From Candidatus Berkelbacteria bacterium RIFCSPLOWO2_01_FULL_50_28 (lineage in GTDB: Bacteria > Patescibacteriota > UBA1384 > 2-12-FULL-50-11), in NCBI GenBank assembly GCA_001774395.1, contig MEZX01000002.1, positions 481,524 through 545,523 of the forward strand: a stretch of DNA of 64,000 nt, in the 5' to 3' direction. The stretch's first letter is position 1. Every line of letters starts with the position of its first letter. Below the pieces are notes generated by a model, which searched no databases, had not been told where the DNA came from, and worked only from the letters and a program-made list of their open reading frames with translations. Below are positions 44,904 through 56,537 of this stretch, piece after piece. The translations under genes and the position numbers were made by a program.

Positions 44904-47723
44904 ATGGGTTATAACCACAAGGACATTGAGCACAGGTGGCGTCCTAAATTCGACGCTGCAAAGCTTTCAACCTGCGACCTCTCAAGCGGTGAGCCGTTCT
45001 ACTGCTTGGATATGTTCCCCTACCCTTCTGGCGATGGTCTGCATGTCGGTCATTGGCGTGGGTACACTTTAAGTGATTTTTACGTTCGTTATTGGAGTCT
45101 TAAGGGTAAAAATGTCTTGCACCCGATGGGTTTCGATGCGTTTGGCCTACCGGCTGAAAACGCGGCAATCAAAAGTAAAACTCATCCCAAGAAATTTACC
45201 GATCGTGCAATAGAGACATTTAAAACTCAGCTGAACGCTCTGGGGGCGCTTTACGACTGGAAGAAGCAAGTAAACACCAGCTCTCCTGACTATTACCGCT
45301 GGACTCAGTGGTTGTTTCTGCAGTTTTTCAAGCACGGACTGGCTGAGAAAAGACAAGCTTTAGTTAACTGGTGTCCGAAAGACCAAACAGTACTGGCCAA
45401 CGAGCAAGTCGTGGGCGGCTGTTGCGAACGCTGCGGCAGTAAGGTTACCAAAAAAAGCTTGTCGCAGTGGTATTTGAAAATAACTGATTTTACCGAGAGC
45501 CTTTTATCGGGGCTTGATACTCTTGATTGGCCAGAGCACGTCAAAGCCCTGCAGCGAAACTGGATCGGCCGATCAGACGGCGCAACCGTTAAGTTTCATA
45601 CTGAACACGGCCCGATTGAAGTTTTCACCACCAGGTTGGACACAATTTATGGGGTAAGCGCGATCCTCTTGGCGCCGGAGCATTCCTTAGTCGAAAAACT
45701 TACAAAGGCGGCGCAGGAGAAGACAGTTCAGAGCTATCTCCAGGAAACCTTATCGAAGTCAGACCTGGACCGGCAGATGGAAGATCAAACAAAAACGGGC
45801 GTTTTTACCGGATCGACTGCCATTCACCCATTTTCAAAGCAGGAGCTACCGATTTGGGTAGCTGACTACGTACTGCCGTCGTACGGTACCGGTGCGGTAA
45901 TGCTTGTGCCCGCCCACGACAAACGAGACCACGAGTTCGCCACCGCGCACAATCTGCCGATTCTGTCTGTGATTGAGCCCGAGTTTATCGACAACAAAGA
46001 GCCAAGCAACGTCAGAGAGGACCTGCCTTTTGTTGAACGAGATGGGATTGTCGCGATTGTAAAACACTGGTCCGAAGATAAATATCTGGGCTTAAAGTGG
46101 AAAAAAGTAGCCTGGGGAACTTGGATTACTGGAGGCATTGAGAAGGGCCAGTCACCCGAAGAAGCAGCAACATCTGAAATCCTTGAGGAAGTTGGTTATA
46201 ATAAACTTCGGCTAGTGAAAAATTTAGGCAGACTACACTCAAAATTCTATCACGGACCTAAGAGCGAGAATCGTTCACTGCACGGGCACTGTCTCTATTT
46301 CGAGCTCACCAGCGACGAAATGGCTCAAATTTCAGACGAAGAGGTTGGCAAACACGAACCAATTTGGCTATCAAAGGGCGAGGTGGAACAGTTCATGACA
46401 GCTGATGCTCACAAGTGGGCTTGGAGACAGCTTCAGGACGACCCCGCGCTGTATGAAGGCAGCGGTTACCTTACTAACTCCGGTAGGTACGACGGTCTAA
46501 GTAGTGATCTTGCGGCCAAAAAGATTGCTGATGATTTGGCCATCCGCGGTATCGGAGGGCAAACAGTTAGCTATCATCTCCGTGACTGGTTAGTTTCTCG
46601 CCAGCGCTACTGGGGCTGTCCAATACCGATCGTCTACGACCCCAAAGGATACCCGCACGCCGTAAAAGATGAGTATCTTCCGCTCTTGCTGCCGACCGAC
46701 GTTGATTTTCAACCTGGAGGTGAGAGTCCGATCGCTCGATCAAAGGAGTACGCCAAGAGGGCCGAAAAGTTTTACAGTAAAGGTTGGCACTTCGATACAG
46801 ACACGCTCGACACCTTTGTTGACTCGTCCTGGTACTATTTGCGTTATCTCTCCCCACGAGACGACCAACAGGCCTTCGATAAGTCCAGGGTGAAAAAATG
46901 GTTGCCGGTTGACTTATACATCGGCGGTATCGAACACGCCGTGCTTCACCTACTTTATTCAAGGTTCGTCTTTCAGTTTTTGTCTAAGTTTGGCTATGTC
47001 GACGTCAAGACAAACGAGCCGTTTAAAAAATTATTCAATATTGGCATGGTCACGCTTCATGGCGCAAAAATGAGCAAAAGTAAGGGTAACGTCATCTCGC
47101 CCGACCCGTTAATCGACGCTTACGGTACGGACGCTCTGCGCGGTTACGAGCTGTTCCTGGGACCGGTGGAGAACGATGCGGAGTGGAGCGGGAACGGTAT
47201 TAATGGAATTCACCGATTTTTAATTAAACTCGAAAAGCTCTCAACTTTAGTTCATCCAACCGCTATTGAGTCACAGCGTCAGCGATTCGACGAGTATCTC
47301 GACACTATAAATAAAATGATTCAGGATTTTCGCTTAAATACCGTCATTTCTGAAGGTATGAAACTCATCAATACACTGGGCTCAAAGGTCATCGATGCGG
47401 AAGTTTGGCGACGATTTTTGGTGACTATTTCGCCTATGTACCCGTATCTCTCGCAAGAGCTCTACGCTAGTTCATCGCAAAAGGGGCTGATTATCGAGCA
47501 AGAAAAATGGCCGGAGAAATTCCACGTTGCTCATAAAGTCCAAGTGATTAAAGTGCTTTTCAACCAAAAATTTGTTGGCTCGCTTGAAGCAGATAAGTCG
47601 TTCTCAGAAACTAATATCTTGGAGCTGATCAGTCATTCACCCGCCATAGCGGCAAAAATCAATAAAGGTAAATTTAGTCGAACCATCTACAAACCAGGTG
47701 AGCTGATCAACCTGATCCCCTAG
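44904..47723 (+). CDS. leuS: Leucyl-tRNA synthetase carrying a ~150 aa NUDIX-like insertion.
   Basis: HIGH-type PYPSGDGLHVGH and KMSKSKGN. An extra domain at ~46035-46500 has a degenerate Nudix box GGIEKGQSPEEAATSEILEEVGY. Confidence 0.9.
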   Translation: MGYNHKDIEHRWRPKFDAAKLSTCDLSSGEPFYCLDMFPYPSGDGLHVGHWRGYTLSDFYVRYWSLKGKNVLHPMGFDAFGLPAENAAIKSKTHPKKFTDRAIETFKTQLNALGALYDWKKQVNTSSPDYYRWTQWLFLQFFKHGLAEKRQALVNWCPKDQTVLANEQVVGGCCERCGSKVTKKSLSQWYLKITDFTESLLSGLDTLDWPEHVKALQRNWIGRSDGATVKFHTEHGPIEVFTTRLDTIYGVSAILLAPEHSLVEKLTKAAQEKTVQSYLQETLSKSDLDRQMEDQTKTGVFTGSTAIHPFSKQELPIWVADYVLPSYGTGAVMLVPAHDKRDHEFATAHNLPILSVIEPEFIDNKEPSNVREDLPFVERDGIVAIVKHWSEDKYLGLKWKKVAWGTWITGGIEKGQSPEEAATSEILEEVGYNKLRLVKNLGRLHSKFYHGPKSENRSLHGHCLYFELTSDEMAQISDEEVGKHEPIWLSKGEVEQFMTADAHKWAWRQLQDDPALYEGSGYLTNSGRYDGLSSDLAAKKIADDLAIRGIGGQTVSYHLRDWLVSRQRYWGCPIPIVYDPKGYPHAVKDEYLPLLLPTDVDFQPGGESPIARSKEYAKRAEKFYSKGWHFDTDTLDTFVDSSWYYLRYLSPRDDQQAFDKSRVKKWLPVDLYIGGIEHAVLHLLYSRFVFQFLSKFGYVDVKTNEPFKKLFNIGMVTLHGAKMSKSKGNVISPDPLIDAYGTDALRGYELFLGPVENDAEWSGNGINGIHRFLIKLEKLSTLVHPTAIESQRQRFDEYLDTINKMIQDFRLNTVISEGMKLINTLGSKVIDAEVWRRFLVTISPMYPYLSQELYASSSQKGLIIEQEKWPEKFHVAHKVQVIKVLFNQKFVGSLEADKSFSETNILELISHSPAIAAKINKGKFSRTIYKPGELINLIP

Positions 47724-47758
47724 TGGCAATTAAGGCAGAAGATTGCTAAAATAGTAGC

Positions 47759-47968
47759 ATGGCTGAGCCAAAGAAAAAGCTTTCCAGGACAAGAACCCAT
47801 CTGCGACGATCAAAGTATGCAGTCGAGAGCGCTAGCGTTACCCGATGCTCGCATTGCGGCGAAGTAACGCTGCCTCACAACGTCTGCCGCTCTTGCGGGC
47901 ACTATCGCGGCGTCCCAGTGAAACCCGAACGTCCTAAAGAACGCATCGTTGTTGACCCCTCTAAGTAA
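47759..47968 (+). CDS. rpmF: 50S ribosomal protein L32.
   Basis: [22 protein letters not shown]. Confidence 0.85.
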   Translation: MAEPKKKLSRTRTHLRRSKYAVESASVTRCSHCGEVTLPHNVCRSCGHYRGVPVKPERPKERIVVDPSK

Positions 47969-48444
47969 TGTCGGTTAACCGCCATCTCTCACGCACGGTT
48001 GCTATGCAATCGCTTTACGAGTGGGATTTTCACCAAGAAAAACCAATTCTGGAGATCAGTGAGAGAGTAATGGGACCTGTAGAGAAGGACATCGACGTGG
48101 AATATTTGAATCGGGTCGTCGAAGGCACGATGAAGAATCTCAAACTAATCGATAGTTTAATCGAACAGGCGGCACCGGAATGGCCGCTGGAACAGATTTC
48201 AGTTATAGACAAGAGTATCTTACGTTTAGCCAGTTACGAGCTGCTGAAGGACAAAGACATCCCTCCCAAAGTCGCTATCAACGAGGCGGTTGAGATCGCC
48301 AAAACTTTCGGTGGCGAGAACTCCTCTAAATTCATTAACGGTGTCTTGGGCACGCTGTATCGCCAGTCGGATCGATATGTTGAAGAAACTGAAGAAGCGG
48401 AAACCGATGAGGCCGAAACTGAAAATAATGACAAAACCAGTTGA
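47968..48444 (+). CDS. nusB: Transcription antitermination factor NusB.
   Basis: Family resemblance plus an acidic tail. The TGA stop overlaps the rnc start. Confidence 0.8.
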   Translation: MSVNRHLSRTVAMQSLYEWDFHQEKPILEISERVMGPVEKDIDVEYLNRVVEGTMKNLKLIDSLIEQAAPEWPLEQISVIDKSILRLASYELLKDKDIPPKVAINEAVEIAKTFGGENSSKFINGVLGTLYRQSDRYVEETEEAETDEAETENNDKTS

Positions 48445-49114
48445 AGAAGTTGAGAAAGCAGTTGACGTTAACTTTACCGACAAAGCGCTTTTGCGCCAAG
48501 CTTTTATTCATCGCTCGTACATCAACGAGACCAAAGAGCCGTCGCTTGAACATAACGAGCGACTCGAATTTCTCGGCGACGCTGTGCTGGAGCTGGTCGT
48601 AACAGAATATCTGTACAAGAACTTCTCCAACCCCGAGGGCGAGTTAACGAATTGGCGCAGTTCAATTGTTAAGGGTGAAGTTTTAGCCAAAGTTGCTCTG
48701 GAGTTAAACCTCGGTGATTACCTGCTACTCAGTAAGGGTGAAGAGCACTCTGGAGGCAGAACGCGTAGCTTGATTTTGGCAAATACTGTCGAAGCGTTTA
48801 TCGGTGCAATTTATCTGGATAAAGGCTACGATGCGTCATCAGATTTTATTGCTAAATACTTGATTAGTTTACTCCCAGAGATTATTGAAAAAAACCTTCA
48901 TATAGATCCTAAGTCGCGCTTGCAAGAAATTGTGCAAGAGAAACATAGTCGCGCCCCGGAATACCGTGTAATGAACGAGGCTGGGCCTGATCACGCTAAG
49001 GAATTTACTGTCGGTGTCTACGCCAGCGATAAACTGCTCGCCAAAGGAACGGGTTCTTCTAAGCAACGAGCGGAGCAGTCGGCCGCCAATGAAGCCTTGA
49101 AGTTAGTTCAGTAG
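48428..49114 (+). CDS. rnc: Ribonuclease III.
   Basis: [12 protein letters not shown] signature and a C-terminal dsRBD. Confidence 0.9.
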   Translation: MTKPVEEVEKAVDVNFTDKALLRQAFIHRSYINETKEPSLEHNERLEFLGDAVLELVVTEYLYKNFSNPEGELTNWRSSIVKGEVLAKVALELNLGDYLLLSKGEEHSGGRTRSLILANTVEAFIGAIYLDKGYDASSDFIAKYLISLLPEIIEKNLHIDPKSRLQEIVQEKHSRAPEYRVMNEAGPDHAKEFTVGVYASDKLLAKGTGSSKQRAEQSAANEALKLVQ

Positions 49115-49181
49115 TTTTACTTTCGTATTCACAAAACAAAACGGGCCATTTACGACCCGCTTTGTTATTCCTACAGGATTG

Positions 49182-49904
<723 letters not shown>

Positions 49905-49976
49905 CTATTTACTTATTTATCGAGAATTCCTTATTACTATACTTACTAGCCCCTTTGTCAATAGGTACGAAACGGA

Positions 49977-50966
49977 TTAGTACGTTTGGCGAGCTATCGA
50001 GCTTCTGGCCCAGATGAATAGTTTCCTCATTTCTGATGCGGAAGCGGTAATTGAATACTCGTCCGTGTTCAGGATTACGCCGATGTAAGTATGGCCGTTC
50101 ATTTCAAGCGCCGAGACCAAACTGTGGCCAGCCGCGTACGTAAAACCAGTTTTAATCCCCAAAACTCCAGGTAGATAATATCCGCTATCGGGCAGTATGA
50201 GTCGGTTAGAGCTTTCGATTTCGTGGCGATACTCGCCGTTCAGTGAGGAAATAGTCGCATGTCGTTGGCCAACGATTCCAGAGAGCAGTGGATTTTCAAG
50301 TAGCAGCCGAGCGATTTGACTTAGCTCGAAAGCGGTCGAACGGCCATTGTCATCAAGCCCAGCCGGATCGAAAAACTTAGTCTTTTTCAGCCCATGATCC
50401 AAGACGTAATTGTTCATTTTTGCGACGAACGGTTTAATATCACCGTTTTTTTGTGAGTACGCCTCAGCGATAGCATACGTAGCGTCGTTACCAGACGCGA
50501 TAAGTGCGCCCCGTAAGAGACTAAGAACCGACAGCTTCTCACCCGGTAGGAGACCCACATTGGAATCTGGAACGCTAGTGGAGTGATTTGTTACCACAAC
50601 TTCGTCGTCTGGACTCATTAATTGGAGGGCCGTCAGCGCCGTAACCATTTTTGTGGTGGAGGCGACCGGCAGGCTCAAGTTCTGATTTTTAGCGCTGATC
50701 ACCTCGTTGGTATCCGCGTCGAGTAGTAAAAAAGCCTTAGCGAAAACGTACGGCTCGCCCGCATACGATCGTAGCACCGGGTAGTCGTCAAAGTTTCCAA
50801 TTGCGGTTGAGAAGCTGTTGTTCGCAGAGGAGATAAGTTGTTTCGTGCTTGCGATTGGTGTGATTACTACGGCAGGAGAGGTAGCAATTACTAGTAGAAA
50901 CGCCAATGCGGCAAGTTTGGCGCCTTTACTTAGATTTCTTGGTTTTGGGTGAAGGAATATCATCAA
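49977..50966 (-). CDS. dacA: D-alanyl-D-alanine carboxypeptidase (serine-type, PBP5-like).
   Basis: ASTTKMVTAL (SxxK), ASGND (SxN) and a signal peptide. Confidence 0.8.
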   Translation of the reverse strand: MMIFLHPKPRNLSKGAKLAALAFLLVIATSPAVVITPIASTKQLISSANNSFSTAIGNFDDYPVLRSYAGEPYVFAKAFLLLDADTNEVISAKNQNLSLPVASTTKMVTALTALQLMSPDDEVVVTNHSTSVPDSNVGLLPGEKLSVLSLLRGALIASGNDATYAIAEAYSQKNGDIKPFVAKMNNYVLDHGLKKTKFFDPAGLDDNGRSTAFELSQIARLLLENPLLSGIVGQRHATISSLNGEYRHEIESSNRLILPDSGYYLPGVLGIKTGFTYAAGHSLVSALEMNGHTYIGVILNTDEYSITASASEMRKLFIWARSSIARQTY

Positions 50967-52344
50967 TTACTAGTTTCAAGCCAAGCTCAAGCAGCTGGTG
51001 GCTATCGACGGCTGAGGGGCTGTCCATCATCAGGTCTCTGCCGTCGCCCGACTTTGGGAAAGCTATGACTTCACGAATTGAGGTTTGCCGTAATAAGACG
51101 GAAATTAGACGGTCAAGTCCAGAAGCAAAACCGCCGTGCGGCGGGACCCCGTAACTAAAAGCCTCCAAAAGGTGACCAAAGTTACGCTGGATCTCGGTTT
51201 TGTCGTGCCCCAGGAACGCGAAAACTCTCTCTTGAATCTCCGGTTGGTGGATTCTAATACTTCCCCCCGCAACTTCGACACCATTTAACGCTAAATCGTA
51301 CTGTTGCGCTAAAGCGTGTGCGGGATCTTTTTCAAATTTAGCTTGCCACTCAAGTGTCGGAGCGGTGAACGGGTGGTGGACTGCTCCCCAGCGCTTATCC
51401 CCCGCTTTCCATTCAAATAACGGAAAGTCGACTATAAAAGCAAAGGCTAGCTCGTCTTCATTACTTATGTCTTTGCGTAGATCCGGACGATCAGTGCCGT
51501 ACTTTTTCATTGAATCGGCATAGGTAATCCGGGGAAATTCCGTAAATGTCAGAACTTTTTCCGGAAAGTTTGTTTTGACCATTTCCTTGTACATTTCTTC
51601 GATTAAGCTCAGAACCTCTTCTTGGGATGTAAAGCTGATCTCGACGTCAAGCTGTGAAAATTCTGGCTGTCGATCAATTCTAGAGTCTTCATCTCGAAAA
51701 CAGCGAACAATCTGGAAGTACCGCTCAATTCCGGCAACCATCAACAGCTGCTTATACTGTTGTGGAGACTGCGGCAGAGCGTAAAATTTACCCGGGTCGA
51801 TTCGGGCTGGCACCAAATAGTCCCGTGCCCCCTCGGGGGTAGATTTAGAGATGTACGGCGTTTCTACTTCGGTGAAATCCCTATTGGATAGATAGTTTCG
51901 CAAAAACTGGTTCATCTGATGGCGCATTCGCAGGTTGTAAGCCATCCTTTCGGAGCGTAAATCCAGATAGCGGTATTTAAGCCGAGTTTCTTCTTTGACG
52001 GTGAGATCGTTCAGCGGCAGGGGTAGGTTTGAGGCAAGTGATTCAATAGTAAGTGATTCAACTCGTACCTCCACTGTGCCGCTAATAACGTTTGGATTCG
52101 TCAGCGACTCGGGACGTTTCACCACCTCACCAACTATCGATACGACTGATTCTACTGTTAGTTGGCTGGCCTGTTGCATTATTTCGCCTGTGAAAACTAG
52201 CTGCGTAATTCCTTTATGATCACGCAGATCGATAAACATCACTTTGGCGTGAGCACGGATGGTTTGAGCCCAACCGCTCATTAGCACTTTTTTGCCGACG
52301 TGTGCGCTCACGCCACCACTAAGAACGCGCTTTAAGTTATCCAT
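50926..52344 (-). CDS. aspS: Aspartyl-tRNA synthetase.
   Basis: Class II motifs: FRDEDSRIDRQPEFSQLD and GGSIRIH. Confidence 0.85.
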   Translation of the reverse strand: MDNLKRVLSGGVSAHVGKKVLMSGWAQTIRAHAKVMFIDLRDHKGITQLVFTGEIMQQASQLTVESVVSIVGEVVKRPESLTNPNVISGTVEVRVESLTIESLASNLPLPLNDLTVKEETRLKYRYLDLRSERMAYNLRMRHQMNQFLRNYLSNRDFTEVETPYISKSTPEGARDYLVPARIDPGKFYALPQSPQQYKQLLMVAGIERYFQIVRCFRDEDSRIDRQPEFSQLDVEISFTSQEEVLSLIEEMYKEMVKTNFPEKVLTFTEFPRITYADSMKKYGTDRPDLRKDISNEDELAFAFIVDFPLFEWKAGDKRWGAVHHPFTAPTLEWQAKFEKDPAHALAQQYDLALNGVEVAGGSIRIHQPEIQERVFAFLGHDKTEIQRNFGHLLEAFSYGVPPHGGFASGLDRLISVLLRQTSIREVIAFPKSGDGRDLMMDSPSAVDSHQLLELGLKLVIDDIPSPKTKKSK

Positions 52345-52349
52345 TCCAC

Positions 52350-54194
52350 CTAGAGTATCTCAAAAGATAGCTTTGGGGAAAGCCCCTCGAGGAGCGCGCT
52401 GAAGAGATTATTCGCCTCGCTATCGGTTAGAGTGCGGTCAATATTCTGAAAAACAATTCGATAAGTCACAGACTTTTTTTGCGGCGTTTCTTCGTGACGG
52501 TACTCGTCCGTTAGTTCAGCAAACAGAACTCCGTCGGCGCTGTCGAAATAATTCAGAGCAATTAGGTTGTCGACGTCCGTATCAACCGCAAGGGTTACAT
52601 CACGCACGACCGGTGGGAACTTACTAATTGGTCGGTACTGCGGCAACGGAGAAATCCGGGCAGGCGTAATTGGAGACGGCAGTTTCACTTTGGCCATCGA
52701 GCTCTCCCAAAAGACGACCCTGTCATGCTTAATACCAAACTCCCTCAGGTCGTCAGGGCGAAAAGGTTTAAATTCAACCTGTCGACCAAGTAGCGTCGAC
52801 ATCTTCGTCGCTTCTGCGGCTAAAGCCCGCTCTTTGAGTCCCGATAGTACGATAGCGAGATGTTGATCTTCCTTGGGGGTGAATACCTGACCGATTTCGT
52901 AGAGGTAGAGCCTTCCAATAAACGGATTTTTTGCGACAACGCCCGCTAGCGGTTCGGCTAAATTAGAGCGAAGATACTTCAGCTCATTGCTCGTGGCGTT
53001 TGAAATACCCAACGCACCCTTTCGAGCAAATGTGCCGGTCAGCATTTCGGTGTAACTGGCGCGAGACAGTTTACGCTTTAGCTCCAAAATCTGTTGATAC
53101 TGACTAGTTGGCGCGGACTTTTTCGAGAGAGCAACGTCTGGCAGGTTATCGTAGCCGCGTAGTCGAATAATCTCGTCGGCAATATCAGCACTGATGCCAA
53201 TATCATTTCGCCAGGAGGGTACGGTGATGGTGTTTTTGACTAGAACAAAACCGATTGTTGCGAGACGCTTCATATCGTCAGACGTTGGCTCAAACCCAAG
53301 TAAGCGTTTGATCTGGTTCGGTTCATACGCTACCGTTTTCGGGCTATGTCCACGCCCCGTAAAGGACTGGAGACCGTCGAGAGAAATTGAGGGGCAGTAC
53401 TTTGTGGCAAGGTAGAAGAAGCGCCGCAGTGCTAACTCCCCTGATGCAGCATCAACACCCCGAACATATTTTGAAGAGGCATCGGTAGTAACTCCCGTCA
53501 GGCGGGAATTTTTCCTGACGCTAGAAGCTGAGAATGCCGCAGCTTGAACAATTACTGAGGAAGTATTCTTACTGACCGCTGAATTCTTAGCGCCCATGAC
53601 GCCGGCCAAATCAACGACCGTTTTTTCAGAGCGTTGAATTAACTCACCGCCCTGCAAGGAGACACTGCGGCCGTCAAGAAGTGTAACCGTTTCACCGGAC
53701 TCGGCCCGATCAACCACTAAGCCGGCGGCTATTTTCTCTCTATCGAAAACATGGAGCGGCAAGCCGACCTCGTAAGCCACAAGGTTTGAAATATCAATCA
53801 AAAGGTCTTTGCTCTGGAGGCCAATTATTGTAAGACGTTTTTTCAACTCTGCTGGCGTGTCGGACGCAACGTAGCCAGACAGCCCGAGCAACTCATCGCT
53901 AAGGATATCGTCTTTTGCTCCATCGCTGACGGTAAGTTCTAGTAAGTGCTTCGAAGGCAACTCGTCGCTCGTTTCAGGCAGTTTGAGCTGCAGACTCATC
54001 GCTCCCGCCAGCTCACGAGCGATGCCCAGTAGTGACAGACAGTCCCCTCTGTTAGCAGTTATGGAAACGTTGATTATCTCTTTGGTAACTGGTTCCGCCT
54101 CAAAGCCAAGCGTCGCCAGACGATCAATGGTTTGGTCGACCCCGTCTGAGAAATGCGGCAAGTACTCCTTCAGCCAACTTAAGCTGACTAACAT
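52350..54194 (-). CDS. pheT: Phenylalanyl-tRNA synthetase beta subunit.
   Basis: B3/4, B5 and FDX-ACB architecture. Confidence 0.85.
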   Translation of the reverse strand: MLVSLSWLKEYLPHFSDGVDQTIDRLATLGFEAEPVTKEIINVSITANRGDCLSLLGIARELAGAMSLQLKLPETSDELPSKHLLELTVSDGAKDDILSDELLGLSGYVASDTPAELKKRLTIIGLQSKDLLIDISNLVAYEVGLPLHVFDREKIAAGLVVDRAESGETVTLLDGRSVSLQGGELIQRSEKTVVDLAGVMGAKNSAVSKNTSSVIVQAAAFSASSVRKNSRLTGVTTDASSKYVRGVDAASGELALRRFFYLATKYCPSISLDGLQSFTGRGHSPKTVAYEPNQIKRLLGFEPTSDDMKRLATIGFVLVKNTITVPSWRNDIGISADIADEIIRLRGYDNLPDVALSKKSAPTSQYQQILELKRKLSRASYTEMLTGTFARKGALGISNATSNELKYLRSNLAEPLAGVVAKNPFIGRLYLYEIGQVFTPKEDQHLAIVLSGLKERALAAEATKMSTLLGRQVEFKPFRPDDLREFGIKHDRVVFWESSMAKVKLPSPITPARISPLPQYRPISKFPPVVRDVTLAVDTDVDNLIALNYFDSADGVLFAELTDEYRHEETPQKKSVTYRIVFQNIDRTLTDSEANNLFSALLEGLSPKLSFEIL

Positions 54195-54874
54195 TTGAAC
54201 TGCCCCGAGTAACGGTAGTCGCCGGAAAGGTTAAGTCGGGCGTCCTCAACGTCGCTTACAAGATTCAACAGACGTTCTATGCCAACTCCGAATGCCCAGC
54301 CGGTGTATTTTGATTGATCGACGTTCATCGCCGCCAACACGTTGGGGTGAATCATCCCAGCGCCAAGAACTTCAACAAATTTTCCGCGGTGAAAAAGATC
54401 CAGCTCGATTCCAGGCTCAACGAACGGGAAGTAACTCGGACGAACCCTAAAACGCATCCGGCCGCCCATAAGATGGTTAAGCATTCCCTTTAGTGTCGTA
54501 ATTAGCTGTTCCATATTAGCGTTCTCGTCGAGAACGAAACCTTCCAGTTGGTTGAAAGTATGATTATGCGTTGAGTCGGTTGATTCGTTCCGAAATACTC
54601 GCCCGGGGACCAACGCTCTAATCGGAGCCTGGCGATGATCCATAATTCGCAGTTGCATCGGTGAGGTGTGGGTACGTAGCAACAAGCCGCTCGTTAGGAA
54701 AAAGGTGTCGTGCTCCTCTCGAACAGGGTGATCTGCTGGAATGTTCAAGCGATCGAAATTATTCGCTTCGGTTTCAACTTCTGGACCTTCAAAAACCTCA
54801 AAGCCATATACCGTGAAGTACTCGATCAACCGCTCCAAGACAACAGTAATTGGGTGAGGATGGCCGCTAATCAT
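54188..54874 (-). CDS. pheS: Phenylalanyl-tRNA synthetase alpha subunit, short form without the N-terminal coiled coil.
   Basis: Class II catalytic core (PADHPVREEHDTFFL...). Confidence 0.85.
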   Translation of the reverse strand: MISGHPHPITVVLERLIEYFTVYGFEVFEGPEVETEANNFDRLNIPADHPVREEHDTFFLTSGLLLRTHTSPMQLRIMDHRQAPIRALVPGRVFRNESTDSTHNHTFNQLEGFVLDENANMEQLITTLKGMLNHLMGGRMRFRVRPSYFPFVEPGIELDLFHRGKFVEVLGAGMIHPNVLAAMNVDQSKYTGWAFGVGIERLLNLVSDVEDARLNLSGDYRYSGQFKC

Positions 54875-55244
54875 TCCAAGTGAACTTGCGTCTTAACAGA
54901 ACTTCGCCGGTGAAAGTAGCAACAATAATTATCGCCAGTGTCGCCGCGTTTAGAAGGTCAACCGATTTCAACATTAATATAATTACGGCCGCGAGACTGG
55001 TTAAAAATGCCCAGCGTAACGCCGCAACTGTCCGGCTCCAGGGCGGTAGCGTCTCGCTTTGTTTGTATTGAACAAGATAGAAGGTGAAGAAGATTAGCCC
55101 AAAAACCGAGAAAAAGAGTGAAGCGTAAAACATTACTAGCACCGTTGTGGTGTCGGGCGTCATGTTGAAAATAACAGTTATCAATAGCCCTAAGGCAAAC
55201 AATAGGATTGTAAAAATGGAGAAGATTAAGCTCTTAGTTCTCAT
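54867..55244 (-). CDS. Small membrane protein.
   Basis: Four hydrophobic segments. Confidence 0.4.
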   Translation of the reverse strand: MRTKSLIFSIFTILLFALGLLITVIFNMTPDTTTVLVMFYASLFFSVFGLIFFTFYLVQYKQSETLPPWSRTVAALRWAFLTSLAAVIILMLKSVDLLNAATLAIIIVATFTGEVLLRRKFTWND

Positions 55245-55564
55245 TGTTTTTTGTCGTTGACTGAGGCGTCATCGAATAGTTCATCAAGATGCGAGATATA
55301 GTTATCATCGCAGATGAATTCCAGTTTCGGCACGAAGCGCATACTGACGTATTTTGTCAATTCATTGTTGATATCTTTCTTGCGAGACTGCATATCGATC
55401 ATAACTTGAGGATTCGACCGTATCCAAACTTTACCGTGCCGCATCGACGGGTCGATAAGGACGTCAGCGACGGTAATCAACTCTCGCGGCCACAGCTTTA
55501 AGACCACTTTGGAGAGGGCTTTAGTATAGGACGCGTTAATCTTTTCCAGTTTTTTTGCTTGCAC
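55241..55564 (-). CDS. rbfA: Ribosome-binding factor A.
   Basis: ITVADVLIDPSMRHGKVWI resembles the RbfA core. Confidence 0.55.
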   Translation of the reverse strand: MQAKKLEKINASYTKALSKVVLKLWPRELITVADVLIDPSMRHGKVWIRSNPQVMIDMQSRKKDINNELTKYVSMRFVPKLEFICDDNYISHLDELFDDASVNDKKQ

Positions 55565-55663
55565 CTCTGCATTTTCCCTGGAAAGAAGGTTTTGAGCAAG
55601 TCGCTATTATTATGAGATATTACATCCGCTAACCTGTTGACACCCCAGGGGTGTAAGTTGGTC

Positions 55664-56356
55664 CTAGTTAAGGTAGTTTTTCCAGTAGCTATAGAGCTCG
55701 GCCGTCGCAAAAAGGTCACGAGCGTTGTAACGGGCAATTTCTTCGTATTTTCCAGAGTTGAAGTAGCTCGTTACTTTAGAACCATCAATCTCGTCGTCTT
55801 TTGGCGTTGTAATGCCAAACGCTTGGCAAGCCATATGCAAGCCCGCGCCGGACGGGTAGCGGGCGCTCCCGTAGTAGGAAAGTTGGTCGAATAAATCGAT
55901 GTGTTTGGCGTCGAAAGCTTGAGCATTCAAGTAGCGATTGCGCATTAAGTCTTTGGTTGGTTTTATCTTATTGATGGCGCTACGAATGAACAGAAACGGG
56001 ATATCAAACATCCGTCCGTTGAACGTTACAAATTCCTGATACTTGGCAGCGAGCTGGTAAAATTTAGCAATAATGTCCTGTTCGGAGCAGCTCTGAAACT
56101 TTATGCCATTCTCTTCAAAGGCGGCAATGTCCTTTTTTCGGGATTGAAAGTAGACGCCGCCCTTAAGCGTTTGGGTGTCTAAGGCGCCCAGGGCAACGAT
56201 TTCGGCGGTGTAGGGCGAAAGAGACATGTTGGCTTCGGCCCACTCTTCATCGCTCTGCCCGGAAGTTTTAGCTTTCGCGGAAAATAGATGTTGGGTTTGC
56301 GCATCAAAACTCCCCCAGGCTTTACCTGAACTCTCAATATCGATTACTAAAGCCAT
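55664..56356 (-). CDS. RNase H-like 3'-5' exonuclease (PolB-exo-like).
   Basis: LVIDIESSG Exo I motif. Confidence 0.6.
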   Translation of the reverse strand: MALVIDIESSGKAWGSFDAQTQHLFSAKAKTSGQSDEEWAEANMSLSPYTAEIVALGALDTQTLKGGVYFQSRKKDIAAFEENGIKFQSCSEQDIIAKFYQLAAKYQEFVTFNGRMFDIPFLFIRSAINKIKPTKDLMRNRYLNAQAFDAKHIDLFDQLSYYGSARYPSGAGLHMACQAFGITTPKDDEIDGSKVTSYFNSGKYEEIARYNARDLFATAELYSYWKNYLN

Positions 56357-56537
56357 ACCGTTAGTTAAGCACCAAATAATGAAATTACCAAATCAACGAC
56401 AATTTTAGTAAGTATTCGATGCGAACAGCTCCTAATTTGCTCATATATTATAATATATGAGCAAGTTAGGTTGATGCTTTTGACAGGCAAGAAAACAGAA
56501 GTAGAAGTAATTCCAGCAGTGCTTTATACTAATTTTA

